Part shown: piece by piece, positions 57,679-64,000 of the stretch
Layout: every line of letters starts with the position of its first letter
How positions within the stretch are numbered: the first letter of the stretch is position 1
Source: Corallochytrium limacisporum Hawaii
Lineage: Eukaryota > Protista > Pluriformea
Assembly: GCA_002811645.1 (NCBI GenBank)
Contig: PDIP01000003.1
Coordinates: 620,001-684,000 of the forward strand
Reading direction: 5' to 3'
Length of the DNA: 64,000 nucleotides
Position numbers and translations under genes: made by a program
The notes under the pieces: generated by a model
What the model saw: the letters and a program-made list of their open reading frames with translations, nothing else
Told to the model about the DNA's origin: nothing
Databases searched by the model: none

Positions 57679-58154
57679 TGCTGAATTTGTGTATGGTTTC
57701 CCAAGGCTGCTGAGACTGTTGTGAGTCTCCAGTGGCACATTGATGTCATTTAGAGTTTACTCTTAAATCCGTTCATCATATTTATTTGCCCTAGTATTCT
57801 TCGTCGTGTTTGGCACAATATGAAACAAATTTTTGTATCTGGCCTGATGTATCAGAATACCTTATGAACATGTCCAACCCCATGAACCATGGTCTACGAA
57901 ATGCTTGCGTTTGTAGGAGCAGACGACCTCGCTGGCTCTCGACCCTTCTGCCTGTATCTTTCCTCTCCTTCTGCAGCCGAGAATTGAACTCCCCTCTGGC
58001 AGGGTGTGGAAAGATTAACAAAGGGGGGGGTTTCAGTGGTGGTACCCTGTTGGAATCGGAGAGTAGCAGGAGCTCCCGAGGCCCCCACTTACTACCCACA
58101 AATCTATTTCAAATACTATCGTAACCCAAACGGCGTCACCAATGACATCCATTT

Positions 58155-59432
58155 CTACACCCGAATCAGATCATCAATGTCCTGCGCGAGCATCGTCTTT
58201 GTGGCGGTCACGCTATCAGTACGGTCCTCAAGCATGCGATGCACCACCTCTGCAATGGCCAACGACGAGGTCAGGCCTGGAGACTCAATGCCTAAGAGAT
58301 TCAGAGCACTTGGTTTGGCCGTATCGTTCCACTCAATCGTAAAGTCCTGGGAGCCCGCACCCATCGGCAAGATTTTGGCCCGCATACCAGCATAGTCAGG
58401 TAAAAGATCTTCTTTCTTTACTGCCGGGTAGTATCTTGCAATGGCATCTGTAAAAGGTTGTTCCGGCTGGTCTGGTATCTGCAGCAGGCTTTCAACCTCC
58501 CGGTCGGCCCAGATGCCTTCTTTCTCTATCCACACTGCATCTGGACCAAATCGTACGCCACCTTCAAGATCTACAGTGGCATGTACCCCAAGACCGTCTT
58601 CCTTGCGCGTCGGAGGTACCGGATAGATTAGGTGCCGGAACGGTTTCTGTGATGCAGGTAATCGATAGTACCTACCGATACAAGCATACGACGCCCATGA
58701 TGTATGGGTCACATCTTGGTGATGTGCTTCGTCAGATGAGACACACTTTGACATCTTCGCAGACGTGAGCATGTTTGCCGTCTCCGGCGCACCAAATCCG
58801 GCACAGTTGACAACTATGTCAGCTTCAATTCCGTACTCCTCCATGTCCCCATGCCCCGTATCCTGGCTGACCTGCAGATGCAGAGCATTGCCGTCCCGCA
58901 GCACCTGCTTTACTTCAGCATTGTAGATAGTATTCACACCCTTGAACTCTCCATCGGCAAGGAGGGCGAGCATTAATTCGTGGCTACTGATGATGCCAGT
59001 CGTCGGACTCCACAGGGCACCAGACGGAGCATAGACCTCGGGTTCTACTCTTTCGAGTTCAGCAGCTGGTTTCCAGATCAGTGGAACACCGTTGGTCTTT
59101 GACGTCTTCTGAATCGCTTCCAATGCGGGACTGATGCTGTTTGGATCACTGGTTTTGTGGAAGTCCACTATGAACTTTCCAATGGCTTTGTGCGGCACCC
59201 CACGGGCGTTTGAGTAGCGGTACAACATTTCTTTGCCCCTCTTGCACAGAAGAGCCTTTAGACTTCCTGGTTTGTAATAAATACCAGCATGAATGACTTC
59301 TGAATTACGCGAAGATGATTGCGATCCAAAGGTGCCACGTCTCTCAAGAATAAAGACCTCATGGCCGGCAAAGGCTAGCCTACGGGCCACAGCCAGTCCA
59401 ATCACTCCTGCTCCTAGCACGGCGACCTTCAT
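58155..59432 (-). CDS. L2HGDH: L-2-hydroxyglutarate dehydrogenase/oxidase family FAD oxidoreductase
   Basis: VAVLGAGVIGLA Rossmann motif, SSRNSEVIHAGIYY, LIYPVP, GLGVHATVDL, FGPD, GIESPGLTSSLAIA. Alternative upstream ATG at 59525. Confidence 0.92.
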   Translation of the reverse strand: MKVAVLGAGVIGLAVARRLAFAGHEVFILERRGTFGSQSSSRNSEVIHAGIYYKPGSLKALLCKRGKEMLYRYSNARGVPHKAIGKFIVDFHKTSDPNSISPALEAIQKTSKTNGVPLIWKPAAELERVEPEVYAPSGALWSPTTGIISSHELMLALLADGEFKGVNTIYNAEVKQVLRDGNALHLQVSQDTGHGDMEEYGIEADIVVNCAGFGAPETANMLTSAKMSKCVSSDEAHHQDVTHTSWASYACIGRYYRLPASQKPFRHLIYPVPPTRKEDGLGVHATVDLEGGVRFGPDAVWIEKEGIWADREVESLLQIPDQPEQPFTDAIARYYPAVKKEDLLPDYAGMRAKILPMGAGSQDFTIEWNDTAKPSALNLLGIESPGLTSSLAIAEVVHRMLEDRTDSVTATKTMLAQDIDDLIRV

Positions 59433-60209
59433 ATTCAAGGTGTTCGGACCGCTCTGCTCCTGTGATTTTGAACAACCTTCACTCTGATCCCATGCAAACA
59501 GCTTCAGTTTGACATAGCTTAACATGGACCTCAAGTGTATTCACTGTTTGCTGTGAAGTTCCTCATCAGCTGGTGACCCGGGGGACAGCGACCAAACTGG
59601 CTACTCTCGTCCCCACCCCCAAAATTTGGACCCAGTCCCGCCTTCACCGAGAGACTCGAAAATGCAAAATAGAACGGAATCAAGGGGACAGCTAGTGAAC
59701 CAAGAAAATCCACCAAATTCAAGCATTCTCCACGATAAGGGGGGCCAACCCTACACAGTGTTACCAGTACGGCGCCACAGTTCCCAATCGGAACCAGCGG
59801 CGGAGAAAAAAGTTAAGGGGGGGGGGGTTTGTTGGCGGCCGTGGTCAACCTCCGATATAGCAACGTAAACAGAAAAGCAAATGGAAGCCACGGGTGGCCG
59901 ATGTGCTTTCTACCAACGCAACCTCACTTGGTCGCACGTACGGTTACGAGTTTCTCGTCAAGGGAAGTCTGCGGCCAGAAACCTTGTGAGGGAAGGGACA
60001 CAGGCCACAAGATAGTGGATTAACTGTCCCGTCCGAACGCACTGCAGGAAGGGGATGTAGTGGGTGGAATCTAAATCCCTTGCCAATGACCTTCTATCCA
60101 TTGTACTGCTGTAGTATTTGAATACAACTGATCCATAGGAGTATCTACCACCATGTATAGTTGCATGTCCAAACCATTGCTTGTAAGTGCCCATACTGGC
60201 GCAACAGAA

Positions 60210-61094
60210 ATGGCACTTCTGACCGAGTACCTGATATTGTCCAAAGCCCGTGCAGATCACTTGGAGGAGGTCAAAAGTCTGAACTTATGGGGTAATGAGC
60301 TCTCTGATATCACTTTATTGCGGAAGATCCCCAATGTTGAGGTTCTGTCTCTATCAGTGAACCACATTTCCACTCTCGAGGATTTTTCACATTGTCCGAA
60401 ACTGGTTGAGCTGTATTTGAGAAAGAACAATGTTCGTGACATCAACGAGGTGTTGCATCTCCGTGACCTTGAGAATTTGAAAGTGCTCTGGCTCAGTGAT
60501 AATCCTCTGGCAGAGGCAACAGACTATAGGCCGACTGTGATTCGCACACTCCCGCGGCTTAAAAAATTGGACAACAGGGCCGTAACAGAAGAAGAACGCA
60601 CGTCTGCACAACTGGAAGGACGGGATCTAGCCAGCGGATCACTACAGAACGATAACATTGGAAACAGTAGTTCACGGACTCCCGGGGAGACAGACTTCGT
60701 ACAACAATCTCAGCGGCCTGCTTGGGAAAAAGATAACATAGAGGACCTCAAGGGCACTATTAGGGCGGCTGCCTTCAATGACGCACAGAACAGTTCTGCT
60801 GTTATCAACGGCCAAGTGCCTTCCGCTGTTGACGCATCGACCGTTAAGCAAGTCGATGTGGTACACATCGGCGTCGCATCGGGTGCCACCACAGCATCCC
60901 CGGCACCAACACCTTTGAAGTACAAGAATGCACAATCGTTAGCAGGAAGTATACAACCTTCCTTGAGTCCCAGTGCAAAGTCACGGAATTCTAATATTTT
61001 GTATGCTGTTCTCAGCCTCTTGAATGAGCTGGACCACCGCAGCTTACTGATTGTAGCAGACGACGTCCAACACAAGCTAACGTCCCGTCCGTGA
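60210..61094 (+). CDS. CFAP410: Cilia- and flagella-associated protein 410 (C21orf2)
   Basis: VKSLNLWGNELSDI, VEVLSLSVNHI, ELYLRKN, LWLSDNP, YRPTVIRTLPRLKKLDN, C-terminal SNILYAVLSLLNELD domain. Confidence 0.92.
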   Translation: MALLTEYLILSKARADHLEEVKSLNLWGNELSDITLLRKIPNVEVLSLSVNHISTLEDFSHCPKLVELYLRKNNVRDINEVLHLRDLENLKVLWLSDNPLAEATDYRPTVIRTLPRLKKLDNRAVTEEERTSAQLEGRDLASGSLQNDNIGNSSSRTPGETDFVQQSQRPAWEKDNIEDLKGTIRAAAFNDAQNSSAVINGQVPSAVDASTVKQVDVVHIGVASGATTASPAPTPLKYKNAQSLAGSIQPSLSPSAKSRNSNILYAVLSLLNELDHRSLLIVADDVQHKLTSRP

Positions 61095-62347
61095 GGAGTG
61101 AACGTTCGCCACGCACTACAGGCCACTATTCATTGGATAAAGAAACATTACAGTAGTACAAAACTGTGAGACACAAAGAGAATGACGGATGATTCCACTG
61201 TATATGACATGGATACAAAACCTGTTGGCGGTGAAGCCAACTCTTTGAAGACTCAAATCCGATTAGAGCATCTTTGGGAGCCTCCTTTTCTCCCTTGTCC
61301 CTGGTCGTTTCGGCCGAAGCTGCACCCAACCGTGCCCCTCTGCCCCGTGTCTCCGTACCTCCGTCGTGGACCGACGTTCCACACCTCCACACCCCGCCGT
61401 GTGTGGACGAAGCCTATATCAATACGCCGCGCCCCTTTGCTCCTTTCACTTTCCTTGCCCGCGGCCTTTTTTTTTTTGCTCTCCCTTCACTCTCCCTGCT
61501 CGGTTCCCATTTTTTTTTCTTTTCAAGGTCCGTTTCAGCGATATTGTGATCCGACGGTATAGAGCGTGGTCGGTGCCAAGCAATTTACTATGGAAAGTGT
61601 TTCATTGTACACAATACTTGGCTCTGTCTGGTTACCCCACCAGCGAACGAGGACAAGACAAAAAGCAAGAAATTCGCGCCGGGTGGTCCGACCGGGGAAG
61701 ACGGGTGGTAATAAAGGATCCGTCTGAGTCTTATTTACGTTTGCTGGTTGACCCCCGATATTTGGGAATTGGTTCACTCTGATAGTATACGTCCTGGCTT
61801 GTCGAGGTTCGGCAATGCTAGCGCTACCGCCGGTACCAATGCAGGAAAAACATTTCATTTCCCCCCTCCCTTCCCCCTCTCTCGCGCAAGGGCGCCCCCC
61901 CGAAGGGGGTAGTTGCCTCTCCTTTCTAGCAGCAGGGAGTGTTCGCTTTCAACCCCTCACCCTTCAAACCCCTGGAGGGGTGGTTGGTTGCTGGAAGACA
62001 TCTTAGGGATTCGTTACTGCCCCGAGCACGCAGTTGTCTTCGCAGGGGGAAAAGGCAGGGGGGGCGGACGTGAGGGAAAGGAACGGCTCACCCAGTGATA
62101 CTGCCGCATGACAGAGAACGAACATGAAGTCGACTTCATGAAAACATTTCTTTGGTTGCAATTTTTTTTAAATTTATGTTGAAAACGGCACGAGTCCAAA
62201 ATTGTTTTGGAGGGTTCGGTTTTCAAACCACCCGGGATTAGGGCAGGGGATCGAGTAGGTATTTCAATGAATCCGGGATTGCATCTGAGTAAGATCTCCA
62301 TCTGAACCTAAGCCTACTATGTCTAGTACAGAACGCTACCAATCATC

Positions 62348-62884
62348 ATGAGCTTTTACAAAATCATTGTTACTGTATCTATTGCCATTATCGCAACATG
62401 CAATGCCATGGCTGCTCCCAGCCAAGGGCGTCGCCAAGCGACAGCGACCCAAACAATTACATTTGTGAATAAGATGAAAAACACACTAAACACCGATGTC
62501 ACGTTGGGTCTAGTTCTCCCCTCGAAGACCTCAGCCATCTTTTATGATAATCAGTGGGACAGCAACTCCCAGTATCAATTGCCCGCCAATACTACTGTGG
62601 AATTCGAAATGTATCCTTATTGCAATACGGATACTACGATTGCATTCAACGCTTTGCAAGACAACACCAGTTCCCTAATCTCCATTGTGACTCTGTTCAC
62701 CATAGCCACGAGCTCTGATACGCTTTGTTTGCTTTCAGCGGAGGCCTTTGAAGGTGGTGATCCAGGAGTTCTACCCGCCATCATGTACTCTGTTGAGCCT
62801 CAGACCCTCTGGAACACAGGTCCTACGGTCTACATCTGCACAAAAGATGACTATCTCTACTATTTGAACAGTTGCAACTTCTAG
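62348..62884 (+). CDS. Small secreted hypothetical protein
   Basis: Signal peptide MSFYKIIVTVSIAIIATCNA, possible RR processing site, beta-rich mature region with 4 Cys and NxT sequons. Confidence 0.8.
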   Translation: MSFYKIIVTVSIAIIATCNAMAAPSQGRRQATATQTITFVNKMKNTLNTDVTLGLVLPSKTSAIFYDNQWDSNSQYQLPANTTVEFEMYPYCNTDTTIAFNALQDNTSSLISIVTLFTIATSSDTLCLLSAEAFEGGDPGVLPAIMYSVEPQTLWNTGPTVYICTKDDYLYYLNSCNF

Positions 62885-64000
62885 GCGAGCCGGCCCTACT
62901 AGATCAAAGTCTTTCTCTTTGACCACGTCCTGTACTGATCTAATACATCTGTCCCTTACACAAACATTACATTTGCAAGTAACTAATCATACAGCAGTGT
63001 GCTGGCTTTATCCAGATATACTTGTCAATTACTACTATTAAATGTTCGAGATGATCATTTCTTACGTGCATATGTTGCGACCGAATGAGTCCTTCCTCTG
63101 CTTGCATAGCTTGATCGTGACAAACTTATCCTCGGAATCCGAGCGTTTTGCTATTGTGCTCGTCAGTACACTCTCTGACACTCCCGAACGGTAGCCCAAA
63201 AGCCAACACCGTGCCCATTGTCCATCGAACCCACAAGATCACGGGCTGCATGCAAAGAATCGAGCGCACGACAAGATCAGGAAGGACAATTGTCGACGCC
63301 ATATGTCAGACAGCACCTCTTTCTCGTCCTCAGGTTGACCCCCCAAGGTACTTCTGTGTCTTCGTCGGATGTGTTTGTGCTCACCAACTACAGTTGTTAA
63401 GCACGGAACTGGCAGCCAGAGGTGGAATCCATGACCTTCTTCTCTCTCTGTTTCCCCTTTCCTTCATCCTTCCCTGCGTAGCTTAACAAAGAATGTACGT
63501 GTCCATCCGCACGAAGTCTTAGAAATGAACAGTACACACAACCGCGGGCAGGACAGCCTTAACAGGAAAGAGGAGGTCACTAGAAAGAACTCTGCCCAAA
63601 CACCAACCCAGTCAGCCAACCAAAGCCGATAGCCATCCACGGGCCACGCAGATCGGCCACAGGGACAAATTTATGCGGCGAGAAAAATTTGGTGACCTCT
63701 CTCTATTCGTGGAAAATTCGCAAAACTTCAGCAGCAGCCGGCCGTGTTTACTACAAAAAGGCTCGGTTCATTTGGACCAGTGCCGTCTCGGACTAAAAAT
63801 GAAGCTGTCAAAGACCCCTCCCTGGTTCCACACCTTGTCACAACCGGATACCGCATCCTAACCTGCCCTTGCAAGCCAAGAAATATTTTGCAGGCACAAG
63901 ATTTCAGTACATTCTATATCTAGTTTGCAGTTTCAGTGGTCCCCACCGTACAAAAACCGGCTGATATAAGGATGACTACCGACCGAACCCTTTGTTTCAC

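Overview
Compact eukaryotic genomic DNA with 27 supportable protein-coding genes in 64 kb. Every one is an uninterrupted ORF, including large, normally intron-rich genes (CDC48/VCP, MLH1, methylmalonyl-CoA mutase, RPS4). The gene set mixes animal-type genes (GON4L-like, cyclin Y, RapGAP, MTMR9-like, CFAP410, LIN37-like) with a fungal-type trifunctional His4. I infer an intron-poor unicellular holozoan, something like Corallochytrium; the species cannot be confirmed from sequence alone. I found no rRNA, tRNA, CRISPR array or intact transposon. The most unusual locus is 29.1-29.9 kb: a 5'-truncated, frameshifted bacterial-style PAS/adenylyl-cyclase gene remnant that lacks its catalytic core. It is joined through a short (TTAGGG)n telomeric tract to the stop codon of a SAM/zinc-finger gene. 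Other notable signals are four intergenic C(n)G(n) homopolymer palindromes, candidate introns confined to 5' UTRs, strong strand alternation, a membrane protein with bacterial-type beta-propeller repeats, and remote CG-1/Ssr4-like and LIN37-like orphans. All family assignments are by-eye motif recognition, not database searches.
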